This document shows positions 10,335-19,847 of a stretch of 59,654 bases of DNA, piece after piece. Below the pieces are notes generated by a model, which saw only the letters and a list, made by a program, of their open reading frames with translations, ran no database searches and had not been told where the DNA came from. The position numbers and the translations under genes were made by a program. The stretch covers positions 1-59,654 of the forward strand of contig CAKSSY010000004.1 of the NCBI GenBank assembly GCA_934489945.1, given 5' to 3'. Source of the DNA: an uncultured Eubacteriales bacterium. Its GTDB lineage: Bacteria; Bacillota; Clostridia; Oscillospirales; CAG-272. The stretch's first letter is position 1, and each line of letters opens with the position of its first letter.

Positions 10335-10363
10335 TTGACTTTTTTTTGAGAATGTGATATGAT
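10335..10363 (+). promoter_or_regulatory. Sigma-A type promoter for dusB
   Basis: TTGACT (10335-10340), 17 bp, TATGAT (10358-10363). Confidence 0.55.
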
Positions 10364-10394
10364 AATGCCGAATTCATCGGAAAGTGAGTAAAGT

Positions 10395-11396
10395 ATGAGT
10401 AACATTCGGATCGGTAAATATCTTCTGCCGCACGGACTTTTTTTGGCACCGCTTGCCGGCGTCAGCGATCGCCCGTTCCGTGAAGTCTGCCGCAAGGCGG
10501 GGGCAGAATATACCGTCAGCGAAATGGTTTCGGCAAAAGCTCTCGTGTATGAACAGAAATGCAAAAAAGCACTCCGTACCGCACCTCTCGCCGCGGTTAT
10601 GAAAAACGAAATGCCTATGGCAGTGCAACTTTTCGGTAACGAACCGGATATGTTCGCCGAGGCAGCGGTTTTGATTGCCGACCGAAGTTATACCGGGTGC
10701 ACTTCCGATACCGCCCCCGCCGCAATCGACATCAATATGGGATGCCCCGTCCGCAAAGTAGCGGGAAACGGGGAAGGAAGTGCCCTCCTGTGTGATCCGC
10801 AAAGAGCTGCGGAAATCGTCCGGGCAGTGAAAAATGCGGTTTCTCTGCCGGTTACCGTCAAGATACGTTCGGGCTGGGACAGCACCTCAATTCATGCTCC
10901 CGAATTTGCCAAACGTCTTGAGGATGCGGGGGCTTCGCTCATCACAATCCACGGGAGAACAAGAGAACAGATGTACGCGCCGGGTGTCGACTATGATGTC
11001 ATACGGCGTGTCAAGGAGAGTGTCTCGATTCCTGTTGTCGGAAACGGAGACATTTACACGGCGGACGATGCGCTCCGTATGTTCCGTGAAACCGGCTGTG
11101 ACGGCATTATGATCGCCCGCGGCGCACTCGGCAACCCTTTTCTGTTTACCGAAATCACTGCGATGCTGGAGGGACGTTTTTATCAACCTCCGACACTCGC
11201 CGAACGGTTCCGGACCGCTGTCGGACAAATCGAACGGATGATTGATGAAAAAGGAGAGAAAATAGCCATTGCCGAGGCACGCAAACACCTTTCCTGGTAC
11301 ATCAAGGGCGTGACCGGTGCGGCAAGCGCACGCGTGGAAATTAACCGAGCTGAAAGCCTTGCCGAAATGAAAACCATTCTGAAAGGTCTGCTGTAA
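10395..11396 (+). CDS. dusB: tRNA-dihydrouridine synthase
   Basis: 333 aa. LAPLAGVSDRPFR, DINMGCP and HGRTR motifs of the Dus family. Confidence 0.9.
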   Translation: MSNIRIGKYLLPHGLFLAPLAGVSDRPFREVCRKAGAEYTVSEMVSAKALVYEQKCKKALRTAPLAAVMKNEMPMAVQLFGNEPDMFAEAAVLIADRSYTGCTSDTAPAAIDINMGCPVRKVAGNGEGSALLCDPQRAAEIVRAVKNAVSLPVTVKIRSGWDSTSIHAPEFAKRLEDAGASLITIHGRTREQMYAPGVDYDVIRRVKESVSIPVVGNGDIYTADDALRMFRETGCDGIMIARGALGNPFLFTEITAMLEGRFYQPPTLAERFRTAVGQIERMIDEKGEKIAIAEARKHLSWYIKGVTGAASARVEINRAESLAEMKTILKGLL

Positions 11397-11426
11397 ACAC
11401 AGGATTCTCCGAGGGAGGTGAAATGC

Positions 11427-12002
11427 ATGGAGGACATGACCGCGCTCATGGCAAAGGTACTGCATGGCGACGAAACCGCTTTTTCGGCAATTGTCACAGA
11501 AACCGAAAAGACGGTCTATCGCTACCTTTTTTCGATTCTGCACAACCGTGAGGATGCCCTTGATGTTGCCCAAGAAACCTACCTCAGACTGTGGCGTACC
11601 CGTTCGTCGTATCGTGGGGATTGTGCTGTCGGCACATGGGTTCTGAGAATTGCACATAACTGTGCGGTAGACCACCTTCGCGCCGCGGGAAAACACAGTA
11701 CCCTTCCCCTTGTCGTAACCGATGACGAGGGAACCGAAACTCCTACCGATCCTCCCGATCCGGATATCAATTCCAATCCCGCAGCGGCACTTGCCCGCAA
11801 GGAAAAAAGACAGGCAGTGCGAAGAGCAATCGACTCGCTGACGCCGGAACAGCGCGAGATTATTATTCTGCGCGATTATGACGGTCGCTCTTACGAAGAA
11901 ATCGCATCCCTTCTCGGCATTGAACAGGGGACGGTGAAAAGTCGTTTGAACCGTGCACGAAATTCCATCCGGAAATTTTTGATTTCGGGGAACTTTTTCT
12001 GA
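11427..12002 (+). CDS. RNA polymerase ECF-type sigma-70 factor
   Basis: ORF from GTG 11418. ATG 11427 lies 8 nt after GAGGGAGG. Region 2 (DVAQETYLRLW) and region 4 (EQREIIILRDYDGRSYEEIASLLGIEQGTVKSRLNRAR). Confidence 0.85.
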   Translation: MEDMTALMAKVLHGDETAFSAIVTETEKTVYRYLFSILHNREDALDVAQETYLRLWRTRSSYRGDCAVGTWVLRIAHNCAVDHLRAAGKHSTLPLVVTDDEGTETPTDPPDPDINSNPAAALARKEKRQAVRRAIDSLTPEQREIIILRDYDGRSYEEIASLLGIEQGTVKSRLNRARNSIRKFLISGNFF

Positions 12003-12038
12003 ATTCGTTCGTCAATATGAAAGAAAGGAGAGAGGCTT

Positions 12039-12764
12039 ATGAGCAAAAACCAAAGTTGCGAACGCGCCAAAATGCTTTTTGACGACAGTATTGACAAAAT
12101 GTTGAATGAAAGCGAGTCCGCTTTTCTCGAAGAACATCTGAAACAATGCGAGACTTGCCGCACGGAATATGAGCAATATAAGCAAACGGTAAATGCGATT
12201 CGCGATACCGCACCGGATATTCCTGCCGATCTCCACGCTTCCATTCTGAAAAAACTTGAGCCAAAACAACCGAAACGCTCCACCGTAATTCTGCGCCGTA
12301 TCCGTGCTGTGAGCGGCGTCTGCGTGGCGGCATTGCTGTGTGTGGCGGTTTTGACCGCTCCGTTCCTGCACCACGCAAATCCAAAGAATGCGACGGCATA
12401 CGAAATCGGTTGCAACAAGGAGGACAATGAAAAATTTTACTCCGCCGATGCCAGTAACAGTGAAGAAACCATGAAAATGAATCCCTACGAATCGGGGATG
12501 GGTACCGACGGCACAATCCTGTGGATTTTTTACGAAATTGCGGGTACCGACCTTGTAATCGTTCCCACGGACAGACAAAACGCGTCTGTTTTCCGGAAAA
12601 ACCATGACGGAACCCAACAATTTCTGCGTTCGGTCACCTATACACGATCACAAGACCGTTTTGAAATCCAAACACCCGATGCCCGTGCGGTGCTGTCGGT
12701 CAAAGAAAATATGCTGACACTCACCGAGGGAGATCTGTCTGAATTTCTGACTGCCGATAATTGA
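12039..12764 (+). CDS. Putative anti-sigma factor (zf-HC2, single TM)
   Basis: 241 aa. H-x3-C-x2-C motif (HLKQCETC). TM segment VSGVCVAALLCVAVLTAPFL. Lies immediately downstream of the ECF sigma gene. AGGAG 8 nt upstream. Confidence 0.65.
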   Translation: MSKNQSCERAKMLFDDSIDKMLNESESAFLEEHLKQCETCRTEYEQYKQTVNAIRDTAPDIPADLHASILKKLEPKQPKRSTVILRRIRAVSGVCVAALLCVAVLTAPFLHHANPKNATAYEIGCNKEDNEKFYSADASNSEETMKMNPYESGMGTDGTILWIFYEIAGTDLVIVPTDRQNASVFRKNHDGTQQFLRSVTYTRSQDRFEIQTPDARAVLSVKENMLTLTEGDLSEFLTADN

Positions 12765-12779
12765 AAGGACTGTCCAATT

Positions 12780-13325
12780 ATGAAAATTCTGTTTGCCTCC
12801 GACATTCACGGCGATGCGGCGTGTGCCAAAGCTACGCTGGATGTCTTCGACAAGGAAAAAGCCGAAAAGCTCATTCTTCTCGGTGACCTCCTCTATCATG
12901 GTCCGCGCAACGACCTGCCCGAACATTACGCTCCGAAAGAAGTAATCCGTCTGTTGAATGACCGGAGGGAGAATCTCTGTTGCGTTCGCGGCAATTGTGA
13001 TGGCGAAGTTGACCAGATGGTTCTGGATTTCCCGATTCTTTCGGATTCTCTGCTGATATGGGATCACGGACATTGCTTTTTCATTACGCACGGACATCAC
13101 CATAATATTCAGACGCCACCTCCGCTTGGCAAGGGCGATATCCTGATTCACGGACATACTCATGTTCCCGCTGTTACACCGTTCGGGAATCAAAACATCT
13201 ACATCAATCCCGGCTCGGTCACACTTCCGAAGGAGAATTTTCCGCGCAGTTATATGCTTTATGAAGACGGAAGATTTTCCATCCGTGACTTTGACGGCAA
13301 CGAATTTTTGCATTACACACTTTAA
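12780..13325 (+). CDS. Metallophosphoesterase, YfcE/MJ0936 family phosphodiesterase
   Basis: 181 aa. Motifs SDIHGD, LGDLLYHGPRN, GNCD and HGHTH. Confidence 0.8.
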   Translation: MKILFASDIHGDAACAKATLDVFDKEKAEKLILLGDLLYHGPRNDLPEHYAPKEVIRLLNDRRENLCCVRGNCDGEVDQMVLDFPILSDSLLIWDHGHCFFITHGHHHNIQTPPPLGKGDILIHGHTHVPAVTPFGNQNIYINPGSVTLPKENFPRSYMLYEDGRFSIRDFDGNEFLHYTL

Positions 13326-13366
13326 TCTGTCAATACCGGAAAAACGTTTCCGCAATTCATAGGGGG

Positions 13367-13398
13367 TCCGGGGCTTTTCAAAAGCTCCGGATTTTTTT
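13367..13398 (+). terminator. Probable intrinsic terminator of the yfcE-like gene
   Basis: Imperfect stem tccggggc / gctccgga followed by T7 (13392-13398). Confidence 0.5.
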
Positions 13399-13445
13399 AA
13401 AGCCCGCACGGGACTCTTACGAGTCCCGTGCGGGCTTTAAAAAAA
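13392..13445. repeat. Perfect 54-nt palindrome (25-bp stem, 4-nt loop) between convergent genes
   Basis: tttttttaaagcccgcacgggactc-ttac-gagtcccgtgcgggctttaaaaaaa. The GC core probably terminates GH78 and/or yfcE transcription. Confidence 0.7.
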
Positions 13446-13451
13446 TCGGCA

Positions 13452-15788
13452 TCAGCGACGAATTACTCTTTCCTCATAACAACCGTCACGTGAGGTGCGT
13501 GCTTTGTTCGCAAACACCCACCCATCATGCAAAAGAGAGTGTACTGTAACCGTGTCCGGTGCCGTCACCTTGAGAAGATATCCCTCTCCGTCCTTTTTCC
13601 AAGAGACCTCTACCTTTCCGTTCGGCAGAATGTGAAAGCCCTCGGCATTTGCCAGTGACGAAACAAAATGCGGCGCAATCAGAACCTCGTTGGCATTGTT
13701 CTCATACGGATTCGGCGTGATTCCCAAAACCTGACGGATAAACCAGTGGTTGATGTCCCCGAGAAAATGGTGATTGTGGGAAATGGAAGTGTTTTTGGAC
13801 AACGTGAACTGCTCCAGCAAAGTAGTCTCTCCGTTTTTCGCCCAGTAGCCGTATGACGGAAAATCCTCTTTGGTAATCATGTGATACGCAAGATCTGTCT
13901 CTCCGAATTCGGACAGCACATGAAAAAGTACGCGAAGACCGAGAAAACCACAGTCAAAATTATCGTAATTCAGACGCAACAACTTCCGCAAAACACGGAA
14001 TGCCTCTGGTCGCTCCGCGGGTTCAAAGAAGCCGTAATAAAGACCGAGAGCCTGCGAAGACTGGCAGTAATCGGTCACAGCCATGACGGAGGAATCCAGA
14101 TATTCCCGACGCAAATCGCGCTTCATTTCGGCACCGAGTCTCTCGGCAAGCTCTGCCGCACGCACCATGCCAATCGCATCAAACATCACCTTTGCTTTGC
14201 GACACATATCCATGACCATAACCCCGTTGGTAAACGGCAAAGATGCCATGTAGTCGGACGAGTTGCGATTCACGGGCACCCAATCTCCAAGTCCTATCCG
14301 GATCAAACCGCGCTTGTCACGCTGACGAGAGACAAATTTATCAAGATACCGAACCATCGCTCCCGCGTTTTCTTCAATGATACTCTTGTCGCCGCGAAAA
14401 CGGTAAACATAATACGGCAGATTAAATAAAACACTGTCCCACGCGGGACCGTTGCCCCAGGCAAATCCCCAGCCTGCAGTCGGAACAATTCCGGGCAACG
14501 CTCCCATTTCCTGCTGAGAGGCACGGATGTGACGGAGCCATTCCCGATAGTTTTCCTCGGCACCGAATGTGTACATCATGTGAGGTGCGGACGCCGAGGC
14601 ATCTCCTGTCCAACCGTTCTTCTCCCGGTGCGGACAATCGGTCGGGAAGAAAACAAAATTGGAGAGATCCGAACGGAGTGTCATGTCAAAAAGGGTATTT
14701 GCCATTTTGTCCGAACACCGAAAGCCTCCACGGACCGGCATTTCGGAATGTGCCACAAGGAAGGTCAGAAGAGATTCGTCCGCCTGCTCCGCATCAATTC
14801 CCGAAACAAACGCATACCGTCCTCCCACATAAGTAAACGGCGGCACAAAGGTCTCCTTCTCGGCACCGCGGCAGTAGTAAAGAAACCGCTGACAATAACC
14901 CGGCAAAGCAAAACACGAAATATTGCGGTGATCCGCCTTCCCGTCGGGAGTCAGAAGTTCCGTAAACATCACATCCACACGCTGACCGGGCTTGGTATTC
15001 CTGAGAGTCAGACGGAAAGTTCCCGCGTCATTCAAGCCGAAATCGTACAGATAACCGACCGTTTCGGGGGGTGGTTCGGGTGTAACGAGATCGGAGAAGA
15101 GTTTTTTGTCGTTTTCGTTCCGAATCGTATTGTCAAGCACCATTTCCCCTGCGCGAAAAAGTACAGGAGTTCGTTCCTCGGTAATTTTGACCGGTGTCGC
15201 GCCCGAGAGGGCGAATTTCCCCTTTGGTTTTTCTACTTCAATCGGCACGCCCCAATCTGCCGCATCATATCCCGAAGCCGCCCAACCTGCGTGTTCAAGA
15301 CGGGCATCATAGTGAACACCGGAACGAAGATTGTCAAACCGGACAGCCGACTCGGTGCAAAGTGTGCTGTCGGCTTCAAAGGTCAGCACTTTTCCTCCCG
15401 TCAAAATCTCGCAGAAAAAAGCGAGTTTGGGTGCCGCCGTGTAGGAAGCCTCTGCAAAATTCCACGTACCGACCATCGGATTCTGCATTCCGTTGCCGAG
15501 TGCCACGCCGATCACATTCTCTCCCTGTTTCAGGTAAGGGACAAGGTCGTAATCGTCAAAGCAGACACGCTGATCGGGATTGGAAACATAGGGAGCGAGA
15601 ATTCCGCGCGTCACCTTTTTTCCGTTGACAAACAGCTCGTAAAAACCAAGCCCCGTAATTCGGATGGCAGCAGCCTCCGGTGTGTTTGTAAGAGTGAAAG
15701 AACGACGGAACAACGGGGCGGGAATATGCTTCCCGAAGGTTGAAAATTCCCTGCTTGCCGAAACAAACTTTTCCGAAAAAGAAAGCAT
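13452..15788 (-). CDS. Alpha-L-rhamnosidase (GH78), no signal peptide
   Basis: 778 aa. N-terminal block (APLFRRSF...I.GLG.YELFVNGK.V) and six-hairpin domain blocks (DCPHREKNGWTGD, GDW). AGGAGG 6 nt upstream. Confidence 0.85.
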   Translation of the reverse strand: MLSFSEKFVSASREFSTFGKHIPAPLFRRSFTLTNTPEAAAIRITGLGFYELFVNGKKVTRGILAPYVSNPDQRVCFDDYDLVPYLKQGENVIGVALGNGMQNPMVGTWNFAEASYTAAPKLAFFCEILTGGKVLTFEADSTLCTESAVRFDNLRSGVHYDARLEHAGWAASGYDAADWGVPIEVEKPKGKFALSGATPVKITEERTPVLFRAGEMVLDNTIRNENDKKLFSDLVTPEPPPETVGYLYDFGLNDAGTFRLTLRNTKPGQRVDVMFTELLTPDGKADHRNISCFALPGYCQRFLYYCRGAEKETFVPPFTYVGGRYAFVSGIDAEQADESLLTFLVAHSEMPVRGGFRCSDKMANTLFDMTLRSDLSNFVFFPTDCPHREKNGWTGDASASAPHMMYTFGAEENYREWLRHIRASQQEMGALPGIVPTAGWGFAWGNGPAWDSVLFNLPYYVYRFRGDKSIIEENAGAMVRYLDKFVSRQRDKRGLIRIGLGDWVPVNRNSSDYMASLPFTNGVMVMDMCRKAKVMFDAIGMVRAAELAERLGAEMKRDLRREYLDSSVMAVTDYCQSSQALGLYYGFFEPAERPEAFRVLRKLLRLNYDNFDCGFLGLRVLFHVLSEFGETDLAYHMITKEDFPSYGYWAKNGETTLLEQFTLSKNTSISHNHHFLGDINHWFIRQVLGITPNPYENNANEVLIAPHFVSSLANAEGFHILPNGKVEVSWKKDGEGYLLKVTAPDTVTVHSLLHDGWVFANKARTSRDGCYEERVIRR

Positions 15789-15857
15789 AAAATTCCTCCT
15801 TCAACATTCTGACAGACTCAATCGATTTTCTGTATTTTCATATTTTTCAAAACACCG

Positions 15858-18224
15858 TTAAAATTCAACGTCAGCGGCGGAAAGTCCCGCAGCGGCAAAT
15901 GTTACCTTTCCTCCCGCAAGAGAAGCGTCGCGCCGCAGAATAACCTGTGCATATCCGGCAAAGAGCGGTCTCGCCATGGAAACAGCAGGTTCCAGACAGG
16001 AAGGATCTCCGTTTCCTGAGCCGAGCACGATAACGCCCGATTCCGGATGAAAGGCTACCCGGTTATCGGCGGTCGGAACAGTTTGTCCCTCACAATCGAC
16101 CGCCCGCAGTTTTACAATTGCATAGAGGAAACCGTCCTCATCGCCGCTCAAATGCTCCGGTTCCGCGACAAGAGCAACGGGAGCACCTGTGGTTTTGACC
16201 GCATCCCGAGCAACCGGCGCTCCGTTCCGATAACCAATCGCCGCAATTTCGCCCGGTTGAAAAGTTACGTCTTTCCATTCGGCGTGCAAATATTTTTCTA
16301 TTTTCCTTTTTCCCTGTGACACACCGTTTACAAATAATTCTGCCTCGTCGCATCTGTCGTCGGAAAACAAATAGACAGTGCGTTTTTCAGCTCCCGGCAC
16401 AAAATTCCAATGCGGACAAAGACAGAAGGTAGAAACATCCCGCCGCCAATTGGCACGATAATAGAAATAACCGTTTTTCGGGAAACCGCAAAGATCGAAA
16501 ATACCGAATTGGGAAGATACCGCCGGGAAATTGAACGGCGTCGGTTCTCCATAGTAATCAAAACCCGTCCATGCAAACATTCCCGAAACATAGTCTCGTT
16601 CAGCAGTCATTTTCCATGCCTTTTCCCCACTTTCAACCGTCGGAAGAAGTTCTTTGGCAAAGGGGGTAAGATGTCGGCGGTCACGATCGTCGCAAACCGC
16701 CCCTCTTGTGCCGCCGATTGAGCGGATCTCGGTACAGATAAAGGGCTTTTCGGGAAATTCCTCGTGTAGTTTGTCCCACGCAACCAGTCCGTAGTTCAGA
16801 CCAATCACGTCGACATTCTCCGACATCGGAGCTGTAATTTCCACATTTTCGAGAACTCTTTTCTGCTCCTTTGACCACAATAACATTGCCTCCGTGATCG
16901 GGCGATCGGGGTCAATCGCGTGTGCCATACGGCGCAGTGTCGAGGCAATGGGAGCGGCAAACTCCGAAAATTGTCTCGGTTCCTCATTTCCAATCGACCA
17001 CAGGACAATGGAAGGATGGTTCCGATCGCGCAGAATCATCCGCCGGAAATTTTCCTTATCCTCATCTCCGGTTGAGAGCAAACGATTCTCTTCCATGACC
17101 AATATGCCGAGACGGTCACAGGCATCCAGCAATTCCGGTGAGACGGGACTATGCGATGTACGGTAGGCATTACATCCCATGCTGCGTAGTTTTTTCAGTT
17201 TATAGTCGTGAATACCGTCAAATTCCGCAATGCCGATACCCGCGTGTCCCTGATGAACGCAGACACCGCGCAGTTTTGTTTGCACACCGTTGAGAAAAAA
17301 GCCATGATCCCGGTCAAACGCAATGGTCCGGAAACCGATTTTCGTCATGACGGTCGATCCGTTCGGCAAGGAGGCGGTAACAAGATAAAGATATGGATTT
17401 TCACAATCCCATAAGTGAATATCGGACAGAGAAAGCGCGGCGGTTGCGATTCCCCTTTCCATCGGCGGCACCGTAACGGTGGTATGAACTTCGGCAAGCG
17501 TGGTGCCGTCAAGTTCGGAAACGCAAAAATCGACAGTTTGTTCCGAACATTTTTCGGTATGGTTGACAACGGTAAGAGAGAAAGCAAGATCGGAAGTCTT
17601 TTTCTCCGCATTTACCGCGGAGCGGACATAAAGTCCGTTTTCGGTGATATGTACCGGCTCCTCAAGAATCAACCGGACATTGCGATAAATACCGCCACCT
17701 TGATACCACCACCCCTCGGTTTCGGTCGCATCGGTACGGACGGCAAGAACATTGTCTCCGTCCCGGCGGACAATGTCTGTCACATCAACCGTAAATCCCA
17801 TATAACCGTTCAGTTGTTTATGGCAAAGATACTGATTCAGATAGACGGCACTGTCCCGATAAATTCCTTCAAATCGGAGATAAACCCGCATTCCCACAGC
17901 CTCGGAAGGCAATGTGAAATGTTTTCGATACCATGCGACTCCGGACGGTAAAGAACCACGACTGGTATAGAGACTGTCAAGCGTGTCCATTTCGGCAATG
18001 TCGGCACGACTGTCGAATTTCTCGGAGGAACGGCAAAATTCGCCTGTTATCACATAATCGTGCGGCAAAACAACCTTTTCCCAGTTTGTGTCATCCAACT
18101 GCTCTGCGGCACCGTTGCGATACCAGCTTCCGCCTTTGGTAAAGCCGGTATCTGTTACAGACGAAACAATATCTCCCTTCCGGAACAACCAATTCCGATT
18201 GAACGGTAATATCATCGTTTTCAT
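15858..18224 (-). CDS. Glycoside hydrolase family 2 (beta-galactosidase/beta-glucuronidase-like), no signal peptide
   Basis: 788 aa. NRNWLF, LPHD, GGIYR.V, NAYRTSH and HPSIVLWSIGNEE (acid/base Glu) blocks. AAGGAG 8 nt upstream. Confidence 0.85.
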   Translation of the reverse strand: MKTMILPFNRNWLFRKGDIVSSVTDTGFTKGGSWYRNGAAEQLDDTNWEKVVLPHDYVITGEFCRSSEKFDSRADIAEMDTLDSLYTSRGSLPSGVAWYRKHFTLPSEAVGMRVYLRFEGIYRDSAVYLNQYLCHKQLNGYMGFTVDVTDIVRRDGDNVLAVRTDATETEGWWYQGGGIYRNVRLILEEPVHITENGLYVRSAVNAEKKTSDLAFSLTVVNHTEKCSEQTVDFCVSELDGTTLAEVHTTVTVPPMERGIATAALSLSDIHLWDCENPYLYLVTASLPNGSTVMTKIGFRTIAFDRDHGFFLNGVQTKLRGVCVHQGHAGIGIAEFDGIHDYKLKKLRSMGCNAYRTSHSPVSPELLDACDRLGILVMEENRLLSTGDEDKENFRRMILRDRNHPSIVLWSIGNEEPRQFSEFAAPIASTLRRMAHAIDPDRPITEAMLLWSKEQKRVLENVEITAPMSENVDVIGLNYGLVAWDKLHEEFPEKPFICTEIRSIGGTRGAVCDDRDRRHLTPFAKELLPTVESGEKAWKMTAERDYVSGMFAWTGFDYYGEPTPFNFPAVSSQFGIFDLCGFPKNGYFYYRANWRRDVSTFCLCPHWNFVPGAEKRTVYLFSDDRCDEAELFVNGVSQGKRKIEKYLHAEWKDVTFQPGEIAAIGYRNGAPVARDAVKTTGAPVALVAEPEHLSGDEDGFLYAIVKLRAVDCEGQTVPTADNRVAFHPESGVIVLGSGNGDPSCLEPAVSMARPLFAGYAQVILRRDASLAGGKVTFAAAGLSAADVEF

Positions 18225-18247
18225 CTCTCATTCTCCTTTTGTGTATC

Positions 18248-19837
18248 TCAATTCTTTTCAAGGGACGCCGACTTCTTTTTCCGTTTCGGAAGGTACACGG
18301 AGACCGAAACCGCAACTAAAAACATACCGCAAAGCAGTACGAAAAGATTTCCGATCCGGGAATATAAGGTCAAGGTGTTCCGCATATAAACGTCCTCACA
18401 AAGATACCACTCCCGCATTGCGCCGATCTCCGCAATGGTTTCTCCCGTGGGTGAAATCACAGCGGAAATTCCGGTATTGGCAGCTCTTACGAGCCAACGC
18501 CCGTTTTCCACAGCACGCAGAACCGATTGCGCCTCATGCATCGACAATGCCACCGAATCCGAAAACCATGAGTCGTTTGTAGAAACCACCAACAGCTCCG
18601 CACCGTCTGCAACACTCTTTCGCACCGTTTCCTCATAAATTGAGTCAAAGCAGATCACAGCTCCGATCCCACCGAATTCCGTCGGAATCACCGCAGAAGT
18701 CTTTCCGGGGGTCAGATCATCATTGGCGGCGTTAATCCACGCAAGCTGAGGAATCAGATTCTCAACAAGCGTCCGCATGGGAACAAATTCTCCGAACGGT
18801 ACAAGATGTTGTTTATAATACACCGTGTCGTCAAGGGAACCGTCGGGACGAAAGGTGAAAATTCCGTTATACTGATGTCCCTCCGCATCCCGGTCAAAGG
18901 CACCGACAAGCATATAGCACTCTCCGTCCGATGCCGTTTTGGAAACAAACTCCATCATGGACGGCATAGTTTTCAGATTATCGGGAATCGTCGTCTCCGA
19001 CCAAACCACAATCTGTGCACCGCGTTTGTTTGCCTGTTTGGTCAGTTGTTTGAGATCCTCAAGCGTTTCAATATAGCGATTGGTATCCCATTTTTCCTGC
19101 GAGGAAATATTGCCCTGAATTGCCGCAACTCTGACCGGCTCTCCCGTGTCACGGAAGGTCAACATCAGCACACTGCCCGCAAGCAGATTCGCCAGAAAAA
19201 GAGAAAGCGGAACCAAAAGCATCTTTTTCTGATGATGGTACAAGGCATAGGCAATGAAGAAATTGACCGCAACGATAAGAAAGGTAACAAAATAGGAGCC
19301 AAAAAGCGAGGAAGTCTGAAACAGGACCCGCATTTTTGTCTGCCCAAGTGCCAGACGCGACCATGGAACACCTGCCCATGTCAGTGACAAAATCCACTCA
19401 AAAACCGTCCAAAGTGCCGCGGCAAGAAGCGGCATAAGAATACGGCATTTCCGCACCGTCCTCCCGTCTGCCAAAACACGAAACAAAAGAAACACCAATA
19501 CACACGGCAATGCCTGCAAAGCCGTCAATCCAAGCCATGCCGCCGCAACAACGACAACCGCCGACCCGCGCGAAATTCCCAAAAATTCCATCGGATACAT
19601 ATAAAGAAACCAATGATAAAGCGCAAAATAATAAACGCCGAAAAACAAAAGCAGGTATAACCCTGTTTTGCGAACCGGCGTACCGCGCTCGGCAAAAGAA
19701 TAGCACACAAGCGCAAACGGAACAAGAGCCCCCCACTCCAGAATCCCGATGCGAGGAAACATAAGCGTAAGTGCAGTCAAAAGAGCACTTCCCACAAGAA
19801 GCGGCACTCTCATTCTTCTGATTGTATATTTCATCAT
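18248..19837 (-). CDS. lnt: Apolipoprotein N-acyltransferase (Lnt, CN-hydrolase)
   Basis: ORF 18248..19855. Multi-TM N-domain plus a CN-hydrolase domain with the E-K-C triad context (VVWSETT, YYKQHLVPFGE, ICFDS). Start preferred at the MMKYT Met (19837), with GAGGA 7 nt upstream. Confidence 0.8.
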   Translation of the reverse strand: MMKYTIRRMRVPLLVGSALLTALTLMFPRIGILEWGALVPFALVCYSFAERGTPVRKTGLYLLLFFGVYYFALYHWFLYMYPMEFLGISRGSAVVVVAAAWLGLTALQALPCVLVFLLFRVLADGRTVRKCRILMPLLAAALWTVFEWILSLTWAGVPWSRLALGQTKMRVLFQTSSLFGSYFVTFLIVAVNFFIAYALYHHQKKMLLVPLSLFLANLLAGSVLMLTFRDTGEPVRVAAIQGNISSQEKWDTNRYIETLEDLKQLTKQANKRGAQIVVWSETTIPDNLKTMPSMMEFVSKTASDGECYMLVGAFDRDAEGHQYNGIFTFRPDGSLDDTVYYKQHLVPFGEFVPMRTLVENLIPQLAWINAANDDLTPGKTSAVIPTEFGGIGAVICFDSIYEETVRKSVADGAELLVVSTNDSWFSDSVALSMHEAQSVLRAVENGRWLVRAANTGISAVISPTGETIAEIGAMREWYLCEDVYMRNTLTLYSRIGNLFVLLCGMFLVAVSVSVYLPKRKKKSASLEKN

Positions 19838-19847
19838 CGCTCTTTCC

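Noticed and set aside
10149-10345. A possible fourth, strongly degenerate copy of the three-hairpin repeat between the LRR gene and dusB. It contains caacatt..., ttttcccgtcaaaaaaacgaaagaca and aaaaacggcacgaccgatttc, which resemble the internal blocks.
   Set aside because: Both terminal hairpins are missing, and the matching blocks are A-rich and low in complexity. The resemblance may be compositional. It needs a statistical alignment before it can be called.
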